Below, piece by piece: positions 48,203-57,110 of a stretch of DNA of 64,000 nucleotides. Each line of letters starts with the position of its first letter. Within the stretch, counting starts at the first letter, position 1. A program made the position numbers and the translations under genes. The stretch is taken from positions 47,355-111,354 of the forward strand of contig JBMFHB010000002.1 in the NCBI GenBank assembly GCA_049977045.1, in the 5' to 3' direction. Source of the DNA: Terracidiphilus sp. Lineage in GTDB: Bacteria > Acidobacteriota > Terriglobia > Terriglobales > Acidobacteriaceae. The notes below the pieces were generated by a model. It was not told the origin of the DNA, did not search any database, and worked only from the letters and a program-made list of their open reading frames with translations.

Positions 48203-49165
48203 ATGGCACTGCAAGGTTCGGCAAAAGGGAAGCTCCTGTTTCTGGGCTACGGCGCCTGTGCCCTGGCCGGAACCCTTTGGGGCACAGGCTTTTATTGGGG
48301 GAGGCTCGCGCTCAACGAGATGAACGTTGAGCACATGGTGCTCTACCGATTCCTCTTTGCCTGCCTCGGCATAGCGCCCGTGATGTTCGGCCGCCGCGTT
48401 CGCCTGACAGCCAGCGAATGGCAAACCATGCTGCTGGCGGCGGCCTTTGGCATTCCCATCCAGTTTCTGTTGCAGTTTCACGGCCTGGCGCTCACCACGG
48501 TGAGCCACGCCTCGCTGATGGTGGGCGCCATGCCCGTGCTGCTGGCGGCCGGAGCGGCGCTGTTTGCCGGCGAGCGGCTCGACTGGATCGGCTGGCTGGC
48601 GCTCTTTGCCTCCACGGCCGGCACGGCCATGGTGGTTCTGGGCGGCGATCGCGCAACCACGGGCCGCGAGACGCCCACGCTCACGGGCGACCTGCTGGTC
48701 ATCGCCTCGCTCATTGTTGCGCTGGCATGGATTCTGCTCAGCAAAAAGCTGCTGCAAACCCATAGCGCGCCGGTCGTCTCCGCTTACACCATCTATTTCG
48801 GTACGTTGATGCTGGTGGCGTGGGATCTGGTCATGTGGCTGCTCGCGCCGCTCACGCACGAGAAGGTCGAACCGATACCGTTTGCCCACATCAGCGCGAC
48901 GGCCTGGATGGCGCTCGCCATCAGCGGCGTGCTGTGCACGGCCACCACCACGCTCTTGTGGAACTGGGGCATTCATCACGTACCGGCCTCGCGCGCCGGA
49001 ATCTTCCTGAACATCGAGCCGGTGCTTGGCTCGGTGCTGGGCGTGGAACTGCTCGGCGAGCGGCTCGGCCCCTATGCATGGCTCGGCGGCGTACTCATCC
49101 TCGGCGCGGCCATCACGCTCACCACCCGCGGCCACGAACCGGAGCCCGAGGTGATTCTCGAATAG
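48203..49165 (+). CDS. EamA/DMT family transporter (10 TMS)
   Basis: Two EamA repeats of hydrophobic helices; start set to ATG 48203. Confidence 0.85.
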   Translation: MALQGSAKGKLLFLGYGACALAGTLWGTGFYWGRLALNEMNVEHMVLYRFLFACLGIAPVMFGRRVRLTASEWQTMLLAAAFGIPIQFLLQFHGLALTTVSHASLMVGAMPVLLAAGAALFAGERLDWIGWLALFASTAGTAMVVLGGDRATTGRETPTLTGDLLVIASLIVALAWILLSKKLLQTHSAPVVSAYTIYFGTLMLVAWDLVMWLLAPLTHEKVEPIPFAHISATAWMALAISGVLCTATTTLLWNWGIHHVPASRAGIFLNIEPVLGSVLGVELLGERLGPYAWLGGVLILGAAITLTTRGHEPEPEVILE

Positions 49166-49270
49166 GCAATAGCCAGGAGTGCCAATTCAGCTTCTACCAC
49201 GCCGACCTCCTCTTCAGCGCAGACTACTTCCTATTGGCTGCCTCCTGCCTCCTCCGCTAGCATCAGGTTT

Positions 49271-49987
49271 ATGGAAGCGCCTGCAACTTCGCCGCGCCTG
49301 CCGGTGCAGTCTGTCTCCGCGCGCAGCCGGCGGCGCGACGGGATCGAGATTGCCGTCGCTTACGGACTGATCCTGGCTGTCGAGTGGACGCCGCGGCCTC
49401 TGCAGCGCGTACTCTGGATCGTTGCCGCGGCCGGACTGATTTTCATCGCGCGAATCTCCTTCGACGGCTGGCGCGCCATGGGTTTCCGCGCAGCGAACTT
49501 CTGGCGCTCGCTGTGGATCGCCGGCGCCGCCCTGGCGCTGGCTGCAACGGCGGTTGCGATTGCGGCCGTCATGCACTCGTTGCGCATGCCTCGTGGACTT
49601 CTTGCCTTTCTTGCTACGTATTCCGCCTATGCCATCTGGGCCGGCGTGCAGCAGTTCCTTTTGCAAGGCGTGTTTCTGCTGCGATTTCTGCGCCTCATTC
49701 CCCGGCCCGGGTGGGCGGCGCTCGCTGCTTCGACACTGTTTGCGCTGGCGCACCTGCCCAACCTCGTCCTTATGCCGATCACATTCGTGTGGGGCTTTGC
49801 GGCGTGTCTGCTGTTCCTGCGCTATCGCAACATCTATCCACTCATGATCGCGCACGCCATTCTCGGCATCACCGTTGCGATAACGATTCCGGGTCCGGTG
49901 GACCACAACATGCGGGTAGGGCTTGGCTATCTGCGTTACGATCCGCACAGGCCGGCGCGTCCGCCGGAGCGTTTACTTCAGCCATAG
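49271..49987 (+). CDS. CPBP (CAAX protease/Abi) family membrane protein with a variant first motif
   Basis: LFALAHLPN and IAHAILG motifs are present, but the canonical EExxxR reads QQFLLQG (nt 49649-49654 = CAGCAG). Confidence 0.7.
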   Translation: MEAPATSPRLPVQSVSARSRRRDGIEIAVAYGLILAVEWTPRPLQRVLWIVAAAGLIFIARISFDGWRAMGFRAANFWRSLWIAGAALALAATAVAIAAVMHSLRMPRGLLAFLATYSAYAIWAGVQQFLLQGVFLLRFLRLIPRPGWAALAASTLFALAHLPNLVLMPITFVWGFAACLLFLRYRNIYPLMIAHAILGITVAITIPGPVDHNMRVGLGYLRYDPHRPARPPERLLQP

Positions 49988-50863
49988 AGACCATACGGCA
50001 TCGACGGTAGCGTGCGTGACAGCCGACGCGCCCACACGCCTCTCACTGCGCCACGCGCGTCCATAGAAAACGCCGGCCAGCGCCGCCAGCAGCACGTAGC
50101 GCCAGTTGAAGTGCGCCGCGCGCTTGTTGAAGTGCGCGAGGCCGAAGAGGCAGGACGTCAAGATCAGCGATCCGGTCCGGCCCAGGCGCTTTTCAAGCAG
50201 GTTTTCGAGCCAGCCGCGAAAAAACAACTCCTCCGGCACCGCGATAAAGAGAAAGGTGAAGAACCACGCGCCGGCGATCAGTAAAACTCCTGGCCAGACA
50301 CGGTGAGGATGCAGGAAACCGAGGCCGAGACCGATCAAGAGTCCAATCGGCGTATAGAACGCCCATTCGCGCAACCCCACGCCCACATCCTTCAAGCGCA
50401 GGCGGAGGTCAAAACCGGCGCCGTCCAGCTCGCGAATGAGCACGAAGCCGTAAATGCCGGCATCGAGCAGCAGCACCTTGTTGAAGACCGCCAGATGCGC
50501 CGGCCAGGCGCCCTCGAACCAGCGCAGATCGACGGCCAGTCCCAGCGTAATGAGCACCAGAAAGTCGCGCCAGTTTCCTCGCTGCGCCGCATCGACGCGT
50601 GCGGCTTCGCCAAGCAGCCACACAATCGCCACCGGCAGGAGAGTGTACAAAGCAAACCAGCCCCAGCGAAAGACGCCTGCCCCGCTCGCCACCAGCACAT
50701 AAGGGATTGCGAGCGCGGCAGGGGCGGCAATCCGCGTCCAGACGGGCCAGGAGCGCACCCGCGCGGCCGATGACGACGGGGAAAATGCCACAACCAGATA
50801 AGGCAGGAGCGTGAGAACGGCGGCAATCACGTTCAATGGAGTCACAAAAGCCATCGTTTCCAT
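49973..50863 (-). CDS. CPBP family intramembrane glutamic endopeptidase
   Basis: PEELFFRGW, FGLAHF and VTHATVD motifs are intact; the 3' end overlaps the convergent paralog by 15 nt. Confidence 0.8.
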   Translation of the reverse strand: METMAFVTPLNVIAAVLTLLPYLVVAFSPSSSAARVRSWPVWTRIAAPAALAIPYVLVASGAGVFRWGWFALYTLLPVAIVWLLGEAARVDAAQRGNWRDFLVLITLGLAVDLRWFEGAWPAHLAVFNKVLLLDAGIYGFVLIRELDGAGFDLRLRLKDVGVGLREWAFYTPIGLLIGLGLGFLHPHRVWPGVLLIAGAWFFTFLFIAVPEELFFRGWLENLLEKRLGRTGSLILTSCLFGLAHFNKRAAHFNWRYVLLAALAGVFYGRAWRSERRVGASAVTHATVDAVWSLWLK

Positions 50864-51084
50864 TTTGCGCCGGTTCGCCTCTCTCGCTACAGAAACATTG
50901 GACTGGCAGTGCAAGAGCGAAAGTACCGCCGTGACTCAAAGGGCGCGGCGTGAACTCATGCGAGACAACCCTGTGCGCAGATGTCCAACCGCGAAACAAC
51001 ACTGCTTCCGCGCGTACAGTCACTGAACCATGACCGGGATCGTTCGATAACAACTCTGTCGGCTGCTGCCGGCGGGAGCCTGGC

Positions 51085-51492
51085 ATGTCTCTATTGACCT
51101 GGAACGATACTTACTCGGTAGGGGTCACTACCATCGATCAACAGCACTCGGGCCTATTCGCCATTGTGAACGAGTTGCACACTGCCATGATGAAGGGTCA
51201 GGCGCAAAGCGTCCTCGGATCGTTGCTCGACAAGCTGATCAAATACACCGTTCTGCATTTCGCCTACGAAGAGCGCATGATGGAAGCAGCAAAGTATCCT
51301 AACCTTGCAGCACACCGCACCCGTCATGCTGACCTGACGCGCCAGGTGCGGGAGTTCTCGGCGCGTTATAAGAAGGGCGACGCCAATCTGAATATCGAGT
51401 TGCTGCGTTTCCTCAGCGACTGGCTCACCAAACACATCCTGCACGAGGATAAGCAATACAGCCTTTGTCTTACGCAAAGCGGCGCGAAATAA
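51085..51492 (+). CDS. bacteriohemerythrin
   Basis: LTWNDTYSVGVTTIDQQHSGLF...HFAYEE...HRTRH...WLTKHILHEDK iron-ligand His/Glu/Asp pattern. Confidence 0.9.
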   Translation: MSLLTWNDTYSVGVTTIDQQHSGLFAIVNELHTAMMKGQAQSVLGSLLDKLIKYTVLHFAYEERMMEAAKYPNLAAHRTRHADLTRQVREFSARYKKGDANLNIELLRFLSDWLTKHILHEDKQYSLCLTQSGAK

Positions 51493-51587
51493 AGCGCGAG
51501 AACAGAGTGGAACTGTCCGGCCGATCAGCATGAGGCCGGCTCTTCCTCGACGGGGCATTCGCAGACGACGTGGAGAGGAGCAGGACA

Positions 51588-52040
51588 ATGGCCGAAATAA
51601 GCTGGAGCGAAAAGCAGGCGGTTGGCATCGAATCGATCGACAATCAGCACAAGGAACTCTTCGATGCCCTGCGTGAAATCGAAGAGACGATGACGCGGAA
51701 CGTGGGGTCGGCAGAGACGGTCGCGCTGCTCCAGAAACTGGCAAGCGGCGCGGGCAGGCACTTTGCGGACGAAGAAGCCCTCATGCGCGCAACAAAGTAT
51801 CCCGGCATCATACTGCATGAGGCGAACCATCAGCGCCTGATGCAGAAGATCGATGCTTTTGTTGCCCGCTACAAACGGATCGGCGCGCCGCTGGATAAAC
51901 ATGCGCTGGACTTTCTCCGCGATTGGCTTGTTTACCACATCGAAAACGACGATCTGCGGCTCGGCGACTGGCTCCATGACCGCGTCCGCGATCTGGCTCA
52001 CATGCAGCAGCTCGCGCAGGTGGCGCAGCAAAGCGGCTAA
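51588..52040 (+). CDS. bacteriohemerythrin, second copy
   Basis: ISWSEKQAVGIESIDNQHKELF...HFADEE...HQRL...WLVYHIENDD. Confidence 0.85.
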   Translation: MAEISWSEKQAVGIESIDNQHKELFDALREIEETMTRNVGSAETVALLQKLASGAGRHFADEEALMRATKYPGIILHEANHQRLMQKIDAFVARYKRIGAPLDKHALDFLRDWLVYHIENDDLRLGDWLHDRVRDLAHMQQLAQVAQQSG

Positions 52041-52072
52041 AAGGGAGCGCGCCGTCGGGTTCCGGCTGAAGC

Positions 52073-53263
52073 TCAGCCCTCGAACGACAACTGTGGCGAA
52101 ACCCACGCCGCAGCTGCGGTCCTGGGCTCCGAGGCCAGTTCGTAGACAAGCCGTTCCAGCACCAATCGCTTGTCGGGCGGCGAGGAACGCAGCTCCAGGT
52201 CGGCGCGCGCCACCAGCCGCAGGGCACGCGTAAGCTCGCGGCGGCTCTTGTAGCGCCTCGCCTGACGAATCAGATCGTCGGCGGCAAAGGGCGGCATGCG
52301 GAACCCCTGCCACAGCGCCTGCCAGATGGCGCGCGAGTCGCGCACGTTCTTCTCAAGGATGACAAGCATCTGCCGGAAGGTGCGGGCGAGCATGTAAAGA
52401 TGCCCGATGGCCGCGTCCTCGCCGGCGTCCGAGCTATTCAGCAGACCTTCGAGCAGCGCCAGCGCACGCACGCGGTCGTGGGCGCTGATGGCGTCGGTCA
52501 GCTCATAGAGCGAGCGCTGCTTGGCGGCAAGCACCATGGTCTCCACGTCGCCGAGAGTGATTCGCCCGCGGCCCGTTGCATAGAGCAGCAGCTTCTCAAG
52601 CTCCGAGGCCACCAGCATCATGTCGGCGCCGAGCGCGTCCACCAGCTCGCGCGCCGCATCGGGCTCCAGACGCGTTCCCTGTTCCTGCGCCGTCGCGACA
52701 ACCCAGCGCATGGCGTCTTCCTCGCTCACGCGCGCCAGTTCCACCATGCCGCAGTGTTCCCCAAGAGTTTCTTTCAGGCGTTCGTAGCGATTCTTGTCGT
52801 CGAGATCCATGCGCCGCACGTCCGACGGGATGCGCAGAAAGTCCGCGACGAAAACCAGCAGCGCCTGCGGATTCGGCGACCGGAAATAGCGGTCCAGCGC
52901 CGCAAACTCGTCCTTCTTGGCGCCGCGCGTGTAAAGCTGGCGCACGTTGCGCACAAAGATCACCTGGAATGGAGCCATCAACGAGGGTGTCTGCGCGCGA
53001 TCCAGAACCTCGAAGATCGAGGTCGCGGAAAGATCGAGATCCGAGAGGCAGAAGTCGCGCAGATCGCCGGGAACAAATGCTTTGAGAACGGCCGCGCGGC
53101 AGCGATCGAGCAGAAAGATCTCGTCACCGGCAAGCACGTAGCCGGCCTGCAACTTGCCCTTGCCTGCCTGAGCGGCCTCAATCTCGGAGACGAAGCGCCC
53201 CGCTGCGGCAAATCCCGCGCCCCATCGCACTCCGCTCACAGCCGCGGCCCTCCTACCATGCAA
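52073..53263 (-). CDS. holA: DNA polymerase III subunit delta
   Basis: Length and pattern (YVLAGDEIFLLDR...) fit HolA, and it sits near lptE. The N-terminal boundary is uncertain. Confidence 0.75.
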   Translation of the reverse strand: MHGRRAAAVSGVRWGAGFAAAGRFVSEIEAAQAGKGKLQAGYVLAGDEIFLLDRCRAAVLKAFVPGDLRDFCLSDLDLSATSIFEVLDRAQTPSLMAPFQVIFVRNVRQLYTRGAKKDEFAALDRYFRSPNPQALLVFVADFLRIPSDVRRMDLDDKNRYERLKETLGEHCGMVELARVSEEDAMRWVVATAQEQGTRLEPDAARELVDALGADMMLVASELEKLLLYATGRGRITLGDVETMVLAAKQRSLYELTDAISAHDRVRALALLEGLLNSSDAGEDAAIGHLYMLARTFRQMLVILEKNVRDSRAIWQALWQGFRMPPFAADDLIRQARRYKSRRELTRALRLVARADLELRSSPPDKRLVLERLVYELASEPRTAAAAWVSPQLSFEG

Positions 53264-53387
53264 TCGTGCCTCATCCGGCTCCAGAATACCGCCCGGCGGG
53301 CGAACACACCAGCGCGGAAAACCGGGAAGGAATATCGGGTGCGCTCGTAATCAACAGGGGAAGTCTTCCTGTCGGGAGAAAGAATGG

Positions 53388-53418
53388 GTATATCACTTAC
53401 AGTCATGTAATGATATAC
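53388..53418 (+). promoter_or_regulatory. near-palindromic candidate operator in the AT-rich leader of the RHH-VapC module
   Basis: GTATATCACTTAC (53388-53400) and GTAATGATATAC (53407-53418) are near reverse complements; TATATATAT follows. Confidence 0.4.
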
Positions 53419-53435
53419 TTTATATATATCGCGGA

Positions 53436-53657
53436 GTGGCCATGCGGATTCTCATTGATGTCCCCAATATCGACCTCGAACTATTGGACGAAGTCACCAA
53501 GCAACGGGCAGTGTCCCGCGCCGAGTTCATTCGACAGGCCATTCGAACTTCGCTCACTCCCTATCGGCGGAAAATGAACCATGCTGCTTTCGGCGCATGG
53601 TCGGCGATGGAAGAGGACGGTCTGGCGTATCAGGAGAGGATGCGCAGCGAATGGTGA
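53436..53657 (+). CDS. ribbon-helix-helix (CopG/VapB-type) antitoxin
   Basis: MRILIDVPNIDLELLDEVTKQRAVSRAEFIRQAIRTSL. Confidence 0.8.
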   Translation: MAMRILIDVPNIDLELLDEVTKQRAVSRAEFIRQAIRTSLTPYRRKMNHAAFGAWSAMEEDGLAYQERMRSEW

Positions 53658-54046
53658 GTTCTCCGGTTCTCTTCGACACATGCATTCTGATCGATTACCT
53701 GCGAGGCATTCCGCAGGCTCGCGCAGTGTGTGACCGGTGTGGCGACCGCGGCATCAGCATTGTCACTTGGATGGAAGTGCTCGCTGGCGCAACGGCTGCC
53801 CAGGATGACGAGGCCCGCTCGTTTCTCCTGAATTTCCAACTCTTTCCGCTCACCTCGGAGATCGCGGAACGCGCCGTGAAGATACGCAGGAGCAGCAAGG
53901 TCAAACTCCCCGACGCCATCATCCAGGCCACGGCGCAAAGCGAAGGGCGTGTGCTCCTCACGCGAAACACCCGCGATTTTCCCGCCTCCGCGCCGGGTGT
54001 TCACATCCCGTACACGCTGTCGCTACGCAACACCAGCCGCACATAG
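53651..54046 (+). CDS. vapC: PIN-domain toxin VapC
   Basis: VLFDTCILIDYLRG...PDAIIQATA; the ATG at 53651 overlaps the antitoxin stop (ATGGTGA). Confidence 0.85.
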   Translation: MVSSPVLFDTCILIDYLRGIPQARAVCDRCGDRGISIVTWMEVLAGATAAQDDEARSFLLNFQLFPLTSEIAERAVKIRRSSKVKLPDAIIQATAQSEGRVLLTRNTRDFPASAPGVHIPYTLSLRNTSRT

Positions 54047-54077
54047 ACTGCCAACCCGTCGATGCTGAGTTGGCCGG

Positions 54078-54611
54078 TCACATGCCTTCAAGAATGTCCG
54101 CCACCAACTGCCGCGCAAACTGGCGCGACAGGCGCTGGATGGCCGCCGGATCTTCCTCGATGAACGTGGGCAGGTCGGTGCTGGACTGGTACTCCGCGCG
54201 GTAGACGTAGTTCTTGTTCTGGTAGAGGATGCTGCCGTCGCGCGCGTTGAGCGTGACAGAGGCCACGATGGTGATGACGAAGCTCGACGACTGCTGCGTG
54301 GCCGCGTTGTAAGTGAGAGGCGCCACGGCCTGCTTGAGAATCGTTCCGTGCAGGACCGCGTCGGCGTCGCCGCTTGATCTTGTCGTCACGCGGAAGCGGG
54401 TGCGCGTCATGAACTCGCGAACCACCGCCTCGGTCAGCACCGTCTCCGTACCGTTCGTCTCGGTCTGCGTGGCAAAGACCGGCACGGCAAGCGTTTTTAC
54501 ATCGGGAGGCAGATGTGTGGCCGCGCCCAATGCGTGGTAGCCGCAGCCGCTCGCGCCGACGAGAGCGAGAGCAAGCGAGGCAGCAATCAGCAATCGCGGG
54601 AGCGGGCGCAT
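54078..54611 (-). CDS. lptE: LPS-assembly lipoprotein LptE-like
   Basis: Lipobox LVGASGCGYH, about 170 aa, on the same strand as holA and 0.8 kb upstream of it (holA lies at lower coordinates), matching the common lptE-holA gene order. Confidence 0.65.
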   Translation of the reverse strand: MRPLPRLLIAASLALALVGASGCGYHALGAATHLPPDVKTLAVPVFATQTETNGTETVLTEAVVREFMTRTRFRVTTRSSGDADAVLHGTILKQAVAPLTYNAATQQSSSFVITIVASVTLNARDGSILYQNKNYVYRAEYQSSTDLPTFIEEDPAAIQRLSRQFARQLVADILEGM

Positions 54612-54684
54612 GAGGCCATTCTATCCTGCGGGTTTCGCTGGCGTCGTCAGCCGCCGCCGGACCCGCGCGCGTATGCTAAAAGCC

Positions 54685-55116
54685 ATGAACTGGACGACAA
54701 GTTGGGTTGGATGGGCGCTGCTTGCCGCCGTCTTTGCCGCCGCCACGGCGCTGTTGACCAAAGTCGGCGTGGCGCACGTTGACTCGAATCTGGCTACGGC
54801 GCTGCGCACCAGCGTGGTCGTGATCTTTGCCTGGACCATCGTCATCGCTCTCGGCAAGCACGGCGAGATCCGTGCGCTCGATCGCCACACCGTGCTGTTT
54901 CTCACGCTTGCGGGGATTGCCACGGGCCTTTCGTGGATCTGCTACTTCCGCGCCCTGCAACTGGGACCGGCCTCGCGCGTAGCGCCGCTCGACAAACTCA
55001 GCGTCCCGCTGGTGATGCTCTTTGCCTGGCTGCTGCTGGGCGAAAAACTCAATACCGCTGCAATCCTTGGCGGCGCGTTGATCACTGTGGGCGCCATTGT
55101 GATGGTGCTTGCCTAG
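54685..55116 (+). CDS. small EamA-like (single-repeat DMT) membrane transporter
   Basis: Five hydrophobic helices in about 143 aa; start is uncertain (54673 or 54685). Confidence 0.7.
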   Translation: MNWTTSWVGWALLAAVFAAATALLTKVGVAHVDSNLATALRTSVVVIFAWTIVIALGKHGEIRALDRHTVLFLTLAGIATGLSWICYFRALQLGPASRVAPLDKLSVPLVMLFAWLLLGEKLNTAAILGGALITVGAIVMVLA

Positions 55117-55163
55117 CAGGTGTCGGGTTCAGGCGTCGGGGATCCGCCCACTAGCACCAATTT

Positions 55164-55748
55164 TTGACACCTATACTGAAACCGATGACAGCAGCCTCGA
55201 CAAACGCATCTTCTCAAAGCGACATTGCGGCGGAAACTCGGCCGCGCCGCATCGTGCTTACAGGTTTTATGGGCTCGGGCAAGAGCACCGTGGGACCGCT
55301 GCTCGCCGCGCGGCTCGGCTGGAGGTTCGTCGATGCCGACGACGTGATCGCAACCGAGGCCGGCTGTTCGATTCCCGAGATCTTCAGGCGCGAGGGTGAA
55401 GCCGCGTTCCGCGAGCGAGAGCGCGCGGTGATTGCGCGCCTGGCCGGCGAGTCTGCGCTCGTTCTGGCTCTTGGCGGCGGAGCCATTGAAACCGAGGCCA
55501 CGCGCTCGCTGCTGCTCGGCGCGCCCGAGACGCTGCTGGTTCACCTCGAAGTGGAGTTGGCGACCACGCTCGCTCGCTGCCGCGGCACGGAGCATCTGCG
55601 CCCCATTCTGGCCGACGGGGCGAATCTTGAGAGCCGCTACCAGCGGCGCCTGCCGCTTTACCGCACGGCGCATCTGTCGATCGCCGTGAATGCCCTCGCG
55701 CCCGAGCAGATCGTCGATGCAATCCTCAGCGCCGCGCGCCGCACATAA
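55164..55748 (+). CDS. aroK: shikimate kinase
   Basis: VLTGFMGSGKSTVGPLLAARLGWRFVDADD. Confidence 0.9.
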   Translation: MTPILKPMTAASTNASSQSDIAAETRPRRIVLTGFMGSGKSTVGPLLAARLGWRFVDADDVIATEAGCSIPEIFRREGEAAFRERERAVIARLAGESALVLALGGGAIETEATRSLLLGAPETLLVHLEVELATTLARCRGTEHLRPILADGANLESRYQRRLPLYRTAHLSIAVNALAPEQIVDAILSAARRT

Positions 55749-55851
55749 TCCCGCCAATCCATGGCGGTGGCATAACTTGAAAATACGATTGCACTGCTCC
55801 AAGAAAGATCGCAGTTATCTTTTACTGCAATTGCAGTATACTTTCACTGCA

Positions 55852-56457
55852 ATGCTTTCACTTCGGTCCGAGTTGCGGCGTAAGGTATTGACCTTCTTCT
55901 ACATGAACAGGAAGAGACGAGTCTACGTGCGCCAACTGGCCGCCGAACTCGACGCCGACTCGACCAACATCTCCCGCGAGTTGGCCCGGTTGGCGCGCGA
56001 GGGATTCCTGAACGCGGAGAGGGAAGGGCGGCAACTCTACTACAGCGTCAATCATGCTTACCCCTATTTGAAGCCGGTTTTTGCTCTGCTACATGGCTCG
56101 GTGGGTATCGAGCCAACGCTCAAGCGGGCGCTTGAGCCCGTCGCCGGCATCGCATCGGCCTGGATCTTCGGCTCCTTTGCAAAGGATGAGGCGGACGCGG
56201 CCAGCGACATCGACCTGCTGATCGTGGGTAAGCCCGATCAAGTGCTGCTTTCAAGAGAAATCCGAAAGGCCGAAAAGGCCGTACACCGAGAGGTCAGCTA
56301 CACTGTTTTCACTCCTCATGAACTCAACCGGAGGCTCGCCAGGCGCGATCCTTTTGTCACGGACATTTGGAACGGAAAGCGGATTGGTTTGATTCAGGAT
56401 GGCAACGACAAAACCGCAGAAGGTCGATCCCAAGCAAGTAAAGCAATTCCTGGCTGA
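55852..56457 (+). CDS. winged-helix (ArsR-like) domain fused to a minimal nucleotidyltransferase (MNT-type antitoxin)
   Basis: VYVRQLAAELDADSTNISRELARLAREGFL wHTH plus the GSFAKDEADAASDIDLLIVG NTase motif. Confidence 0.75.
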   Translation: MLSLRSELRRKVLTFFYMNRKRRVYVRQLAAELDADSTNISRELARLAREGFLNAEREGRQLYYSVNHAYPYLKPVFALLHGSVGIEPTLKRALEPVAGIASAWIFGSFAKDEADAASDIDLLIVGKPDQVLLSREIRKAEKAVHREVSYTVFTPHELNRRLARRDPFVTDIWNGKRIGLIQDGNDKTAEGRSQASKAIPG

Positions 56458-56818
56458 CGCACAAAAGAAGGTTGCCGCGGCCCGGAAGAACCTTGAGATC
56501 GATGAAGAGACCGCCTATCAGACGGCTTATCAGGCCGCGCTGAAGGCCTCGCTGGCGCTGATGCTGAGCCATGGGCAGCGCCCGCGGGTGCAGCTTGGCC
56601 ACCACGTCGCGATTCTTGAGTTTGCGCAGAAGCAACTCGATCCGGCACTCGCCCCCACCTTTGACCTTTTCGACAGAATGCGGCGAAAACGCAACGACGC
56701 CTTTTACGATATCGCGATCATCGGCGAGGTAGAGGCAGAAGAGGCCGTAGCGGCTGCTGAAGCGTATTTGCCTGTGATTGCCGCGGACATAAAAAAGAGA
56801 ATGACCAAACCCGGCTAA
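56399..56818 (+). CDS. HEPN domain protein (toxin partner of MNT)
   Basis: All-helical 139 aa with RVQLGHH (Rx4H-like) and RMRRKRNDAFYD; overlaps the MNT gene by 59 nt. Confidence 0.7.
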   Translation: MATTKPQKVDPKQVKQFLADAQKKVAAARKNLEIDEETAYQTAYQAALKASLALMLSHGQRPRVQLGHHVAILEFAQKQLDPALAPTFDLFDRMRRKRNDAFYDIAIIGEVEAEEAVAAAEAYLPVIAADIKKRMTKPG

Positions 56819-56941
56819 GATCCTGAGTATCCAAAACCGATGAGAGACGGGGGTTATAACCGAAAATTCAGCGCCCAACCCTCAATTGGAGGAATGCACA
56901 AAGGAGAAGAACTACTCATCAATGTCCACTGGTCTGTGACC

Positions 56942-57010
56942 GCATGAAGATGAAACTTCCGCGCCCCACCCTTTCGCCCGTTCTTTGGGTGAAAGGGTGG
57001 AAAACCACGA
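56942..57010 (+). repeat. REP-like hairpin element, copy 2
   Basis: GCATGAAGATGAAACTTCCG...CCACCCTTTC (56966-56975) pairs with GAAAGGGTGG (56991-57000); homologous to 37280-37345. Confidence 0.6.
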
Positions 57011-57110
57011 CCTACAAACGATCGAAAGTCATGCGGTCACAACCTGCCACTGTCCTTTGACGAAAATCGCCGCTGCGATGCAAGATGGGCAGTGGCTCGC
57101 GCAGGGAGGG

